Position numbers and translations under genes: made by a program. The notes below the pieces were generated by a model that saw only the letters and a list, made by a program, of their open reading frames with translations, made no database searches and was not told where the DNA came from. Shown here piece by piece: positions 63,936-64,000 of a stretch of 64,000 nucleotides of DNA (position 1 is the first letter of the stretch; every line of letters starts with the position of its first letter). Location: the NCBI RefSeq assembly GCF_036365525.1, contig NC_090406.1, positions 32,479,520 to 32,543,519 of the forward strand, given 5' to 3'. This stretch comes from Heterodontus francisci (lineage: Eukaryota).

Positions 63936-64000
63936 AGCACGCTTTTCAACACAGAAATCTGAATAATGGAAACTAGGTGATTGCTATCCTAGCCCCTCAC

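Overview
Eukaryotic, transposon-dense vertebrate DNA, almost certainly from a shark or other elasmobranch (HE1-type V-SINEs, HER1/CR1 LINEs, Deu-domain SINEs). The only host coding sequence I can identify is one 144-nt internal exon of WDR18 (+, 49989-50132), so the window is probably mostly very large WDR18 intron. The rest is a nested pile of retroelements: many CR1 fragments (one young with a ~700-codon open RT frame), L2 and Tx1/L1 fragments, three solo LTRs, a decayed but structurally complete GalEa-type Ty1/Copia provirus (two LTRs, tRNA-iMet PBS, PPT, 5-bp TSD), and Penelope-like pieces whose terminal repeats carry a minimal hammerhead-ribozyme motif. There are two assembly gaps near 32.2-32.8 kb. 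I see no prokaryotic genes, CRISPR array or convincing new multi-gene system. The best leads are the Copia element, the variant hammerhead in young Penelope termini, a GC-rich insertion carrying CTCF/NRF1/CRE/YY1-like motifs, a ~70-bp inverted repeat at 17.4-17.8 kb, and an unassigned coding-like relic at 30.5-32.1 kb. All family assignments are by-eye recognition and TE boundaries without a TSD are approximate.
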